Shown one piece after another: positions 27,700 through 38,178 of a stretch of 64,000 nt of DNA (position 1 is the first letter of the stretch; each line of letters opens with the position of its first letter). Position numbers and translations under genes: made by a program. The stretch is from contig CACYTP010000012.1 of NCBI GenBank assembly GCA_902777385.1, forward strand, positions 9,552-73,551, written 5' to 3'. The notes under the pieces were generated by a model. That model was not told where the DNA came from. It did not search any database and saw only the letters and a program-made list of their open reading frames with translations. Origin of the DNA: an uncultured bacterium. GTDB lineage: Bacteria > Cyanobacteriota > Vampirovibrionia > Gastranaerophilales > Gastranaerophilaceae.

Positions 27700-29178
27700 A
27701 TGTATAAAAACAACAAAATGCAATATGTAATTAAGACTTGCTCCAGTGAAAATCCGCAAGACTTACAAAATCTGTTGAACGAAATGTCTATGAATGGCTG
27801 GGAATTGTACAGCCTTAACGAAGTAGAAACTGATGACGGATTTAAATATAATTGTATTTTTATGTCGGAAAATGCAGCTTATGATGATGAAAGTATTGGA
27901 GATAGAATAAATATTACATCTTTTAAGAGTCAAATGGAAAAAATGCTTTCTCCGGAATTAACTCCTTATGAAAACTGTATTGATATCCAATCAAAAATAT
28001 CAAATCAACAGAAGAAAATTGCAAAAATAAAATCAGAATTAGAGGGGGAAGCACCTGCATCTGTTAATCGTAAAAAACTTAATGACAAAATATCCGCAGG
28101 ATTAAAAGAATTAGACGAATTAAAGAAAAAGCTTGCAAAAGCCACTTCGCCTGATATTATGTTTTCAAGATTAAAAGAAGACAAATTTTCCATTAATCTG
28201 AGTGAAGAACTCTTGGATTATGTTGATTCGGAAAAAGATTTTTCGGAAGATGATTTAGTAGCATCAACCGTAAAGTCCAGACTAAAGTTGACGGATGAAT
28301 ACGGCTATGTTATGCCGCAGTTGGTATTTAACGAAGACCAGACACTAAATCCTTATGAATTTTCTATAAAAGTCAGAGGGTATGAAGTACACAAATCTTG
28401 TGTATATCCTGCTTATTCCATGTTTTTTGCAGATGACCTGCATCTTGAAAAAATGCCAAAAAATGCAATTAAAGACATTGATACAATAACAGGTAAAAAA
28501 ATTGTATGGTTAGAAAAATCGCAAACAAAAGATTTCTGGGAAAAAGGTATTTCAGGTTCTGAATATATTACAAGAATGCTTGAATTTTACGCAATCAAAT
28601 ATGCTGACGAGCTTATTGATTATGCAGAAATTGAAAAATACATAGATGTAGTAGAAAAGGTTAATCCGTTTCTTGTCGAAAACATTATTCCTGACTATGT
28701 AGCCTTGTCAGACTTGAAATTCATACTTACAAGTTTAATTAAGGAAAGAATTTCAGTAAAAAATATTGTATATATATTTGAAAAACTTAATGACTATGCT
28801 GATGAATGTCCAAAATCCGAGTTACTGAAAAAGCTAAGACTTGCAATGTCAAAAACTATATGCAGCAAATATATAAATCAAGACGGAGTAATCGCAGTAT
28901 TTGATTTAAGCGAAAAAACCTTAGAGGAATTCGCACCAAATTATGAAGATGATGATTCAAGTATTATAACAATAGACGGTACGTTTGCAGAGAAACTGGC
29001 AGCAAAACTCACTAAAAAGGCTAAACATCTGGGAATTTCATCTCCAATATTAGTTGCACCGTTAGAATTCAGACAGCTGTTTTATACACTGCTTTCAAAT
29101 TATATGAACAATATTACGGTTCTTTCTATGGAAGAGCTTGGCTGCAATTTCAGAATAGAAACGGTTGCAGAGATTTAA
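27700..29178 (+). CDS. soluble DUF4177-like + coiled-coil + FlhA/FHIPEP cytoplasmic-domain-like protein
   Basis: N-terminal NEMSMNGWELYSL (DUF4177-like). The C-terminal half has YGYVMPQLVFNEDQTLNPYEFSIKVRGYEV and ALSDLKFILTSLIKERISVKNIVYIFEKLND, resembling FlhA-C. No TM domain. Confidence 0.5.
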   Translation: MYKNNKMQYVIKTCSSENPQDLQNLLNEMSMNGWELYSLNEVETDDGFKYNCIFMSENAAYDDESIGDRINITSFKSQMEKMLSPELTPYENCIDIQSKISNQQKKIAKIKSELEGEAPASVNRKKLNDKISAGLKELDELKKKLAKATSPDIMFSRLKEDKFSINLSEELLDYVDSEKDFSEDDLVASTVKSRLKLTDEYGYVMPQLVFNEDQTLNPYEFSIKVRGYEVHKSCVYPAYSMFFADDLHLEKMPKNAIKDIDTITGKKIVWLEKSQTKDFWEKGISGSEYITRMLEFYAIKYADELIDYAEIEKYIDVVEKVNPFLVENIIPDYVALSDLKFILTSLIKERISVKNIVYIFEKLNDYADECPKSELLKKLRLAMSKTICSKYINQDGVIAVFDLSEKTLEEFAPNYEDDDSSIITIDGTFAEKLAAKLTKKAKHLGISSPILVAPLEFRQLFYTLLSNYMNNITVLSMEELGCNFRIETVAEI

Positions 29179-29235
29179 ATATAAAATTTTATAAATAAAT
29201 AGCAAATTTTTTTTTGTAGGGGTTTTATACTAACC

Positions 29236-31245
29236 ATGCTAGTTGGAAAAGTTAACGGATATACAAACAATTTAATACAAAATCATAAGGCTGCACCGTC
29301 TTTTACCCGTCAATTACGACAGGATGAGGTAAGCGATTATAACGAAAATGCAATAAAAGCAGCCTTGGATTATCTCGGCACACAATCCGTAGCAATGATT
29401 TTGCACGGTTCATGCAATCCTGTAACCGAAAATGATTTAGGCATAGGTTCCCCTTGCAACGCCAAAGCAAAAGAAGTTTTGGAATTTGAAAAATTACACG
29501 GATTTAACGCAAATCAGCTTGGACCGATGGGAGAAATCACAAGAGGAGACATTTCACCATATTCGGCATCAGTATTTGCACTGAACAGAATGTTTATTGA
29601 TGCAGATGCCCTGACCGGAGATGAATATGCACATATTATTCCGGTTGATGAATTAAAAGCATTAAGAGTAAATTACGAAAATGAACACAAAGGTTATACC
29701 TATTCAAAATTTTTCGATTCATTCGCTAACTACGACAAGATTATCAAAGATGCATACACAGATTTCAGAGAAAAGGTTAGAGAAGGAAATCCGAATGCAC
29801 TAAAGCTTGAAAAGGAATACGAAGAATTTAAAAGCAAAAAACAAAACCGTGCAATGATGGCGGCAGTATTTGAAGTATTGAGTAATGTCTACGGAACAAG
29901 AGATGTATCCGCTTGGGAAAGTGAAATAGACAGAAACTTGCCTTGGCTCTTAGGACAACGCAATAAGCTGGCAATAGAAAGATATAAACAAATTCTCAGA
30001 CGCTCAGGAGCAGACATAAACAGTTACATGTTCGGTCAATTTTTAGTGAACAAACAACTGAAAGAAAATAAAGAGTACAGAGATTCAATAGGATTTGAAT
30101 ACATTAACGATAATCTTGTCGGGAATGATAAGAGTGAAGAGTGGATGTATCCCGATGTATTTTTAAAGGATTACAGATTGGGATGTCCTGAGGGCGGAAA
30201 AGATAACGGGCCTCAATTATGGGATATTCCTGTTATAAATCCCCAAAAATTATTCAATGCTGACGGGACACTGGGACCTGCCGGACAATTTTTAAAAGAT
30301 AAACTTGAAGCAGGTTTGGAATATTGTGAAAATATCCGTATCGATCACGCACTCGGACTTGTAGATCCTTATTTGTATGATAAAAATACAGTATTTATTA
30401 CAGACGGGCATCTTGACCGAGGACGATTATATGGTGACAATATTTCAAGAATGCATCATGTAGATCCGCAGGGAGATTATAAAAATATACTGGAACGAAT
30501 AGTTTTACCAACACTTGAAGCTCACGGAATCACTCCTGAAAAAGCTGTATGGGAGGATTTAGGCAACCAGACAGATACTTTCAGATATATATACCACGAC
30601 AAATTACATATCCCGGGAATGACACAACTTCATTGGGATAGGGGTGAAATTAAACCAAGAGAAAACTGGGCATTAATGGGTTCTCATGATGAACCATCTG
30701 CAATAAGCCTTATAAAAGAAGACTGGATGAAAAACAATTGGGACAACAGTGACACCGCATGGCATGTTGATTATCTTGCAGGATACTTAAATCAGGATGA
30801 CACAAGAGCTGCGGAAAGAGAACAGTATAAGCAAAAGCTGCTCAGCAACCCTGTAGAACGAGTTAAGGCAAAATTTGCCGAATTATTCACGACTTCAGAC
30901 AGAGTACAAATTCCTTACACTGATTTCTTTGGCATTGAAGAACGTTATAATGAAAAAGGCTCCAAAACTGCTAAAAACTGGAAATTACGTCTGAATGAAA
31001 ACTATAAAGACGAATATTATAAAAATTTACAAAGCAGTAACCCTACAGCACTTAATATGCCTGAAATATTAAAGATTGCCGTACAAGCTAAAGTTGACCA
31101 CAAAGTTACGGAATTCAAACGCAACAAAAACAATAATGTTGAAAATGAAGCTGTACAAAAGTACAGAGAAACATTAAATGAACAAGTAAAACCGATATTA
31201 AGCAAACTGGACTATTACGAGAAAGTTTTAAAAGAAAAAGAATAA
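29236..31245 (+). CDS. malQ: 4-alpha-glucanotransferase-like (GH77) protein
   Basis: LGIGSP near the N-terminus, IRIDHALGL catalytic-region motif, MGSHDEPS. Has N- and C-terminal extensions relative to typical MalQ. Confidence 0.6.
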   Translation: MLVGKVNGYTNNLIQNHKAAPSFTRQLRQDEVSDYNENAIKAALDYLGTQSVAMILHGSCNPVTENDLGIGSPCNAKAKEVLEFEKLHGFNANQLGPMGEITRGDISPYSASVFALNRMFIDADALTGDEYAHIIPVDELKALRVNYENEHKGYTYSKFFDSFANYDKIIKDAYTDFREKVREGNPNALKLEKEYEEFKSKKQNRAMMAAVFEVLSNVYGTRDVSAWESEIDRNLPWLLGQRNKLAIERYKQILRRSGADINSYMFGQFLVNKQLKENKEYRDSIGFEYINDNLVGNDKSEEWMYPDVFLKDYRLGCPEGGKDNGPQLWDIPVINPQKLFNADGTLGPAGQFLKDKLEAGLEYCENIRIDHALGLVDPYLYDKNTVFITDGHLDRGRLYGDNISRMHHVDPQGDYKNILERIVLPTLEAHGITPEKAVWEDLGNQTDTFRYIYHDKLHIPGMTQLHWDRGEIKPRENWALMGSHDEPSAISLIKEDWMKNNWDNSDTAWHVDYLAGYLNQDDTRAAEREQYKQKLLSNPVERVKAKFAELFTTSDRVQIPYTDFFGIEERYNEKGSKTAKNWKLRLNENYKDEYYKNLQSSNPTALNMPEILKIAVQAKVDHKVTEFKRNKNNNVENEAVQKYRETLNEQVKPILSKLDYYEKVLKEKE

Positions 31246-31290
31246 AATAACACATTTTCAATTACATAAAATTATGCTAAAATAACAAGT

Positions 31291-32208
31291 ATGAGAAGAG
31301 AATTATTAATAATTTTATCGGCACTTGTTTTTGCTTTTTACCCTGCAAATAAGGTTATGGCAGAATATTCCGCAGACATACAACAAGATACAAAACAGGA
31401 GGACACAAAATCCTCCGAAGATCCGGTACTACCAAGCATATTTATCTGGCAGCTGCCTGATACGGTAATTAATCAGGAACCTGAAGCTGAAGATGACGAT
31501 TATGCTGATTACTTTGAAGATAATTCTCAGGCAGAGGAAAATGCGGAGGAAGATATTTTTATTACGGACGAAACCAAAACTCCGCTAAAAGGATACCTTG
31601 AATTCGTGGAAGATTCAAATGCAATCACACTTAAAGAGGGTTACAATGAACACGTTATCAATTTAAAAAAGCCCCAAAAATTTGCAGGCTCACAACTTAA
31701 AGTAAGCGACCAATACATTCCGCAAACTACATTTACTCAAAATGTATATTCAAGATCGGGAAATATAGAATATAATATCGCACCAATTGATACTGACTCA
31801 AAAATCACAAGCAAAAAGTTAAAGTACGGTAATTTTTCAATAGGCACAGCATATAATGAAAGCATTGATACATCTGATTTAGGATTTACGACATCATTTT
31901 ATACAAAGTATGAAAATAAATATTTTGCACTAAGTACCTCATATAACAAGAATTCAGGGGTAGCATACAGTGATGTTATAGATAAATTTTCACTTGCACC
32001 GGAAATAAAACTGAACAAATATATTTCAATAAAAGATATTGTAACATCAGACATAACCAGAAACAGAACCAAAAATGAAATTGTACTGTCTATAAAACCT
32101 ACAAAAAATGACCGGATACGATTTGAATTTGGTGCAAATCAGACATACGACCGAAACAATGCTCTTTTACAGTCCCAATTAAAATTTTCGACTAAAGTAA
32201 AACTATAG
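31291..32208 (+). CDS. secreted hypothetical protein (acidic linker + beta-rich C-terminal domain)
   Basis: Signal peptide, an Asp/Glu-rich stretch, then alternating beta-strand-like pattern. No family recognised. Confidence 0.4.
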   Translation: MRRELLIILSALVFAFYPANKVMAEYSADIQQDTKQEDTKSSEDPVLPSIFIWQLPDTVINQEPEAEDDDYADYFEDNSQAEENAEEDIFITDETKTPLKGYLEFVEDSNAITLKEGYNEHVINLKKPQKFAGSQLKVSDQYIPQTTFTQNVYSRSGNIEYNIAPIDTDSKITSKKLKYGNFSIGTAYNESIDTSDLGFTTSFYTKYENKYFALSTSYNKNSGVAYSDVIDKFSLAPEIKLNKYISIKDIVTSDITRNRTKNEIVLSIKPTKNDRIRFEFGANQTYDRNNALLQSQLKFSTKVKL

Positions 32209-32252
32209 ACACCATCGGGAATTTTATATATAATTATATTAGGAGTTCTGTA

Positions 32253-32699
32253 ATGGAAAATGAACAAGAGCATAACGAGCAAATGCAAGATTCTCAGGAA
32301 AGCGAAAAGCTGCCGATAAATAAGAAGATTGCAGATAAAGCGAAAGATAAATCAAAAAAACATAAACGGAAAATAGTATTTTACTATTCATTTTTAACGT
32401 TTGTGTTACTGTTCTGCATCGTTCAGGTAGGTTCAAGCGTAATTTTGAATACATCTAAAACCGTAGCATATCACAACAAAATAAAAACTATGAACAAAGT
32501 TCGTGATGAAGCTGAACAAAGAAATAAAGATTTAAAAAACGATATAAAATTATTTTCAAAAGCCTCCAGCTTAGAAGAAATTGCAAGAAATAATTTAAAA
32601 ATGGCAGGAAATAAAGAAGTCTTGGTTATTATAAACAATAATCAACCTGCACAAACAACAAAAGACAAGAAAAAGAAAAAAAATAAAAATAAAGACTAA
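32253..32699 (+). CDS. septum formation initiator (FtsB/DivIC-like) protein
   Basis: Single TM helix followed by coiled coil KIKTMNKVRDEAEQRNKDLKNDIKLF and LEEIARNNLKM. Lys-rich tail. Confidence 0.55.
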   Translation: MENEQEHNEQMQDSQESEKLPINKKIADKAKDKSKKHKRKIVFYYSFLTFVLLFCIVQVGSSVILNTSKTVAYHNKIKTMNKVRDEAEQRNKDLKNDIKLFSKASSLEEIARNNLKMAGNKEVLVIINNNQPAQTTKDKKKKKNKNKD

Positions 32700-32717
32700 G
32701 GTATTATTGGAGAATTT

Positions 32718-34295
32718 ATGACGGAAAACGAAGAGATAGTAACATATATTAAGCGTGCATTTGAATTAAAAGAACAAGAATGTTATAAACAAGCTATCGA
32801 AATGTTGTATAAAGCTATTGCACTTGAACCTGATAATACTGAAATTCTCTTTCAGATTGGAGAATTATACTATCTGCTTAATAACTATTCCAGAGCAATA
32901 CAGTATCCTGAGCAGGTTTTGGAACAAAATAGCAGTCATCTTCCGTCACTAAAACTTTTGAAAAATATTTGTCTGAAACAAAACGAACTATACCGTGCAA
33001 AAGAAATTGCAGAAAAAATCTATACCCTTGAAGAAAATGAACAAAATCTTTCTGCACTTATTGAAATTTACGGAAAACTTGATTTATTTGAAGAAATAGA
33101 ACAATATAATTCACAAATTGAACAAAGTGAATTATGTCTTTATACTTATGCAAAAACATGCTACAAAACAGGACACGCACAAAAAGCCGAAGAAATTATT
33201 GAAAAAGCACTGACAAAAAATTCTGAAAGTGAAGACCTGCTAATTCTTAAAGGTAAAATTCTTTTTGACAAAAATAAACTGTCCGAAGCTAAAGAAATAT
33301 TTTCAAAATTTGATAAAAATAGTTCTAATTCCGAAATACTAAACTATTTTGGGCTTTTTGCAATGGAAGATTTGAACTACATTGAAGCAATCAAAAACTT
33401 TTCAAAAGCCTGCAATCAGGATAAAAATAACCCCACATATTTATTCAATTTAGGAAATGCCTACTATCTGAATGGTTGGTATAATGAGGCTGTAGCTTCC
33501 TATCAGAAAGCAATTTGCCTCCGTCCTGACAACTGTGAATACAGATATGCAATTGCTTACGCATACTACGAACATAACGAATACGAAAAAGCCAAAAAAG
33601 AAGTTGACTGCATTTTACTCAATAATAGTACCCACTCAGGCGGAAGAGTACTAAAAGCTTTGCTGCTTTTAAAAGACAAGAATTATATTGAGGCTGAAAA
33701 TATACTCAATACTAATATAAAAAACGGTTATAATGATAATTTTACACTGTCATCTTTAGCCAAAATAGAATGCGAACTTGGCAAATACGATTATGCAGAA
33801 AATCATATTAAAGAAATTTTAGACAGAACAACCTATAATCTTAGCTATAAATGTGATTTAGGAGAAGTTTTGATTAAGGAAAAGAAATATAAAGAGGCAG
33901 CTAAACTGGCTGATGACATTATCAACGAAAATGCTAATTTTATAGACGGTTACATTCTTGGGGCAAAGGCTTCATTCAATGATGAAGATTTTGATAACAC
34001 AAAAAAATATGCTCAGGAAGCCCTTTCAATAGATATAAACTGTGATGGCGGATATTATTATCTTGCTCTTGTAAGAAAACACGAAGAAGATTATGAAGAA
34101 GCTATTGAATGTATGAAACGTGCAATTACATATAACGTAAATAATGCGAAATATTATGCAGAAATGGCTGATATATATAAACAATACGGTGACAACAGAA
34201 CCGCATTTGAATACATTAAAGAAGCTGAAAATATTGATAATTCCGAGGAATACAAGATACTATTCAGAGAATATGCCGCTCTTAACAGAAAATAA
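32718..34295 (+). CDS. tetratricopeptide repeat protein
   Basis: Multiple 34-aa repeats with the A..Y.KA....P.N pattern (e.g. AIEMLYKAIALEPDN, AVASYQKAICLRPDN). Confidence 0.75.
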   Translation: MTENEEIVTYIKRAFELKEQECYKQAIEMLYKAIALEPDNTEILFQIGELYYLLNNYSRAIQYPEQVLEQNSSHLPSLKLLKNICLKQNELYRAKEIAEKIYTLEENEQNLSALIEIYGKLDLFEEIEQYNSQIEQSELCLYTYAKTCYKTGHAQKAEEIIEKALTKNSESEDLLILKGKILFDKNKLSEAKEIFSKFDKNSSNSEILNYFGLFAMEDLNYIEAIKNFSKACNQDKNNPTYLFNLGNAYYLNGWYNEAVASYQKAICLRPDNCEYRYAIAYAYYEHNEYEKAKKEVDCILLNNSTHSGGRVLKALLLLKDKNYIEAENILNTNIKNGYNDNFTLSSLAKIECELGKYDYAENHIKEILDRTTYNLSYKCDLGEVLIKEKKYKEAAKLADDIINENANFIDGYILGAKASFNDEDFDNTKKYAQEALSIDINCDGGYYYLALVRKHEEDYEEAIECMKRAITYNVNNAKYYAEMADIYKQYGDNRTAFEYIKEAENIDNSEEYKILFREYAALNRK

Positions 34296-34377
34296 ATTGA
34301 GAAAAATTTGACGGAAAAATAAATATCAGTATAATGTAAATATCATTAAGGATTAAGAAGAGGAGAGTTTACACCGT

Positions 34378-35049
34378 ATGAATTTGAAAAAGATTACAAT
34401 AACACTTGCTTTAATAACAATGATGCCGTTGAGTGCCATTGCTAAATCCAAAGATATTGTTATTCCGCAAAATTTTCCGGCTAAATACACAAAGGAATAT
34501 ATTTTAGAAGTTACACCACTATACAAATCCGTAAGTAAAGAACCTGTCGTAATGGCAGCTCTTGATATGATGATAGGAACAACCGGAGAGTTTTCCCGCA
34601 ACGCTATTTTAGGAAATAATCTCAGCCAAAAACCCGTAAAAGTGGAATTTAAAAATCTTAGCGAAATAGACAGCAAGTATGCGAATTTTGATGCTCTTGG
34701 TTGGAAAAAGGGCAGACAGCTATACATATATATAAATGCTAAACATAAAGATGCACCTCCGGGAGCATTGGCGGCACTTTTGTCACACGAAGCACTCCAC
34801 CAAGACGAATACAACTCTATAGCCGAAGAAACTTATGCTTGGACCATGGAAGCTGCGGTTTGGTGCGAAATTCTAAGGATTTATCCTGAAAGCAACGAAA
34901 ATCTATCCGCTCTCGTCAATAGAGAAAATAACCTGAAAAAAATGTTTGAAAAAGGAAACTACTCAGACAAATACATAAAAAAAGAAATTCGTGCTAACTC
35001 CGGATATAAAAATCTGCCGCAAACATCTCCCGGATTTGAAGATATTTAA
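34378..35049 (+). CDS. secreted hypothetical protein with HExxH (HEALH) motif
   Basis: Signal peptide MNLKKITITLALITMMPLSAIA. LLSHEALHQDEYNSIAEETYAW. Confidence 0.4.
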   Translation: MNLKKITITLALITMMPLSAIAKSKDIVIPQNFPAKYTKEYILEVTPLYKSVSKEPVVMAALDMMIGTTGEFSRNAILGNNLSQKPVKVEFKNLSEIDSKYANFDALGWKKGRQLYIYINAKHKDAPPGALAALLSHEALHQDEYNSIAEETYAWTMEAAVWCEILRIYPESNENLSALVNRENNLKKMFEKGNYSDKYIKKEIRANSGYKNLPQTSPGFEDI

Positions 35050-35074
35050 AATTGATACAAATATATTATAAAAA

Positions 35075-35100
35075 AGACTGATGTATAACTACATCAGTCT
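35075..35100. terminator. bidirectional intrinsic terminator
   Basis: AGACTGATGTA-TAAC-TACATCAGTCT flanked by A5 and T5, between convergent genes. Confidence 0.8.
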
Positions 35101-35129
35101 TTTTATCCTTTAATTAATCTCTCTTCTCT

Positions 35130-37607
35130 CTATAAATTCTGTAATGAGAAGTCTTCTTCGTAAGGCAGAATTGACGGAATCTTGTTCATCCATTCTTTTG
35201 CCTTGTCATTAGCCTTAGCCCAGTTAACAGCAAGCAATCCTCTTTGTACCCATATCAATTCTTTGAAGAATTCATATTGAGAATTCAGTGCATCAAGTTT
35301 TGCCTTGAAATATAACTCTTGAGCATCTGCAACCTGATCTACAGGTGCTTTACCCACAAGATAACGCTGTTTTACCATTTGATAGTTTTCTGCCTGTGCA
35401 AACATTGCCTTATACGATTTTTCAATCATAAAGTATTTTGATATAGCTCTGTTTACTACCGAACGAACCTTCATCTCTATTTCTGTATCTACTTCTTCTA
35501 AATAGGCATTTAACTCATTTAATTCAGATTTACATCTTGCAATTTCCGCAAACTTATGACCGCCTTCAATAGGTTTCCATTGGGCACCTATGAAAAATCT
35601 GAATGAATTTTTATCCAAACCTAAATAAGGTGAATTTGCCCAAGCCTGACGCCCTGCGGCAGTACCCAGACCTCCCATAACACCGGATTGTACGGCTTTG
35701 ATTTGATTATGTCCTGCATCTTCATAAGGAATATTTCTGTCAAACTGAGTTGTATATTCCAGCGACATTTTTGCATTAGGCATTACGAATTTTTGAGCAT
35801 AATTTGACAATTCGGCTTTCTTCATTGCAATTGCCGCTTTTAATTTTGTGGTTTCAGGTGATAAATATATTACTTCGTCAACAAGCATTTCCGTAAATTT
35901 CTCTAATTTCTTTGGATTACGAACATGGTCGATGATATGAACATCTGATGAGAAAAATGCTTTGTCACTTGCTGTTAGCGGTTTTAATCTGAAATCGGAT
36001 TTTTGATCTTTGTTTAAAAGTTTATTAATATGAATTTTTATATTTTTATGTTCGGCTTTCATTGCCAGCAATTTCTTTTCAGCTTCACTAACTTCACCTG
36101 CCCAGCGTAAAGTTTCTTCTTTTCCGCATTTACCGGTTTTCTCTCTTACTCGGGCCATTGCAAGAGTTTCTCTGACTTGCTCTACATATTCTTCCTGAAC
36201 TTTTAGAGCATTTTCTAACATCAATGTATCAATATACAAGTTTGCAGTTTGATACTCTGTGTTAGCCTTAATAAGAGCAGCTTCTGCTTTATCAAATTTT
36301 AGCTTTTTATGTTTTACAATAATGTTTGTTACCAAATCAGGTGAATAAAGCACCTGATCCATCGCAACAGTAAAAGCACCTGCTCTTGTAGGGATATCCG
36401 AGTACGATTCTGCATAAGAACTGTTGTATGTCTGATAACCCAAATCCAGTCTTAATGTAGGAAGATATCTTAAATATGCACTCGCTACAGAACGTCTTGC
36501 AGCACTAACAAGAAATCTCTTCCTTGCCATATCAAGGTTGCTGCCTTCAAGTGCTGTCAACAACATATCTAAATCATAATTTGGCAATTCTTTATGAGAA
36601 ATTACTGTAGAATTATTCAGCAACCTTAGTGGAGCTGTATAACCTAACAATTCGGCAGTATCAGAGTTGAAAAATAAAACTTTATCGTCATAGAACGGTA
36701 TCTTTTCATTTTTTACTGCACTACCATGCAATACTCCGTGAATATTAAATGATGTTGCTTCGGCAAGCTTTCTGTCAACATCGAACGCTGAAGTACCGAG
36801 CATTACGCCTAAATCTACATCATCCTGACCTACAGAAGAGAATGACGGTAATTTTTTACTGTTTATATAATTAAATACCTCTTTTCTTTGCGAAGATGTA
36901 AGATTGAACAGCGGTGTTATAAATACAGAATCTACATCTGACGGTATTTTTGCAAGTGATGCTTTTACATTAGAATTTATTGGAATGACAACATAATTGA
37001 TGTTGCAATTCTTTTCTTTTAATTTCTTTGAAATTATTGCATTCCAATTTGGTTGAGTTTTGTAGAAATTTTCATTCATCAAAATTGCAACCTTATTAAT
37101 ATTTGGCACTAAATTTTTAAAAGTAACAAAATCATTTATTGATTGCTGTAGCGGATTAAAGAAATTATTTCCAAAGTCCCTAAGTCCATACTGATCTATT
37201 GTTACAACATATTTATTCTTATTTTTCTTTGAAGAGTAGTAATCACTTGATAAATATCCCAAAGATATTACCATAGTTGCCCTTGATGCCAAAGCTTTAT
37301 TAGAAGCATTTATAGCACCCTGTTTTGTCCAGTCACCTGAAAATATTAACTCTTTCGGGAAAGCTGCCTTGTAATCAGGTAAAAGTGATAACGTTATTGT
37401 TTTCTGGAATGTTTTAATTACTTCCGCATTTTTATCGGATGGGCCGTCAAATACGAATGCAAATTCAATTGTTCTTGCATTCGGTGCAGCCTGCAAATTA
37501 GGCTTTGGTATTGAAGGCATGTTTGGATTTACGGCTGCCGCAAAAGTAACCGCACTATAAGAACTCAACAGCATAACAGATAACACTGTACACAATAATC
37601 TTTTCAT
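35130..37607 (-). CDS. TolC-family outer membrane protein with a ~300-aa N-terminal extra domain
   Basis: Signal peptide. The C-terminal half has the duplicated OEP/TolC helical-barrel pattern. The N-terminal half resembles a periplasmic-binding-type alpha/beta domain. Confidence 0.55.
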   Translation of the reverse strand: MKRLLCTVLSVMLLSSYSAVTFAAAVNPNMPSIPKPNLQAAPNARTIEFAFVFDGPSDKNAEVIKTFQKTITLSLLPDYKAAFPKELIFSGDWTKQGAINASNKALASRATMVISLGYLSSDYYSSKKNKNKYVVTIDQYGLRDFGNNFFNPLQQSINDFVTFKNLVPNINKVAILMNENFYKTQPNWNAIISKKLKEKNCNINYVVIPINSNVKASLAKIPSDVDSVFITPLFNLTSSQRKEVFNYINSKKLPSFSSVGQDDVDLGVMLGTSAFDVDRKLAEATSFNIHGVLHGSAVKNEKIPFYDDKVLFFNSDTAELLGYTAPLRLLNNSTVISHKELPNYDLDMLLTALEGSNLDMARKRFLVSAARRSVASAYLRYLPTLRLDLGYQTYNSSYAESYSDIPTRAGAFTVAMDQVLYSPDLVTNIIVKHKKLKFDKAEAALIKANTEYQTANLYIDTLMLENALKVQEEYVEQVRETLAMARVREKTGKCGKEETLRWAGEVSEAEKKLLAMKAEHKNIKIHINKLLNKDQKSDFRLKPLTASDKAFFSSDVHIIDHVRNPKKLEKFTEMLVDEVIYLSPETTKLKAAIAMKKAELSNYAQKFVMPNAKMSLEYTTQFDRNIPYEDAGHNQIKAVQSGVMGGLGTAAGRQAWANSPYLGLDKNSFRFFIGAQWKPIEGGHKFAEIARCKSELNELNAYLEEVDTEIEMKVRSVVNRAISKYFMIEKSYKAMFAQAENYQMVKQRYLVGKAPVDQVADAQELYFKAKLDALNSQYEFFKELIWVQRGLLAVNWAKANDKAKEWMNKIPSILPYEEDFSLQNL

Positions 37608-37785
37608 AACCCTATTAAACTCCTATGTCCCATTAATCACACATATAACTCGTTATAAATATATCAATAATATAACTTCGTGTCAAAATTTTAATACGGT
37701 TATCTTAAGTTTTGGTAACATTTCAGCTGATTATTAAAAAATATGATTATTATTTACGCTCTGTTGTTTTTACAACAATACAAAA

Positions 37786-38178
37786 CTACCTATTTAACAG
37801 GAAAAATCCTGCATTCAAGTATGTAGCAAACAGTATCCATAAAAAATATGGAATAAGCATACCCCCGGCAAGTTTAGAAATCTTGTTGAATTCTTTTATT
37901 GTCATAAAAACGACAACATCCATCAGTATAACAATAAACAATGCCAATCCGATATTTCTCAAAAGGAAAAATGCAGGTGTCCACATAAAATTTAACAGCA
38001 TTTGTATTGTAAACCAAACATATCCGCCTGTTTTTGTAAATACAGTTTTTTTATTTAAAAATAATAAAAAAGAAATTATTATAGTTAAATATAATACCCC
38101 CCACACAGGTGAAAATAGCCATGCCGGAGGACTCATTACAGGTTTTATTAATTCGTTGTACCAATTTAAATCAATCAT
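37786..38178 (-). CDS. tspO: TspO/MBR family protein, N-terminally short (TM1 absent)
   Basis: WYNELIKPVMSPPAWLFSPVWGVLY begins at residue 6, whereas in canonical TspO this motif follows a first TM helix. An in-frame TGA lies 4 codons upstream. Confidence 0.65.
   Translation of the reverse strand: MIDLNWYNELIKPVMSPPAWLFSPVWGVLYLTIIISFLLFLNKKTVFTKTGGYVWFTIQMLLNFMWTPAFFLLRNIGLALFIVILMDVVVFMTIKEFNKISKLAGGMLIPYFLWILFATYLNAGFFLLNR

Noticed and set aside
34353-34814. 153-aa minus-strand ORF
   Set aside because: It is antisense to the secreted HExxH protein gene, which has a proper signal peptide and SD.
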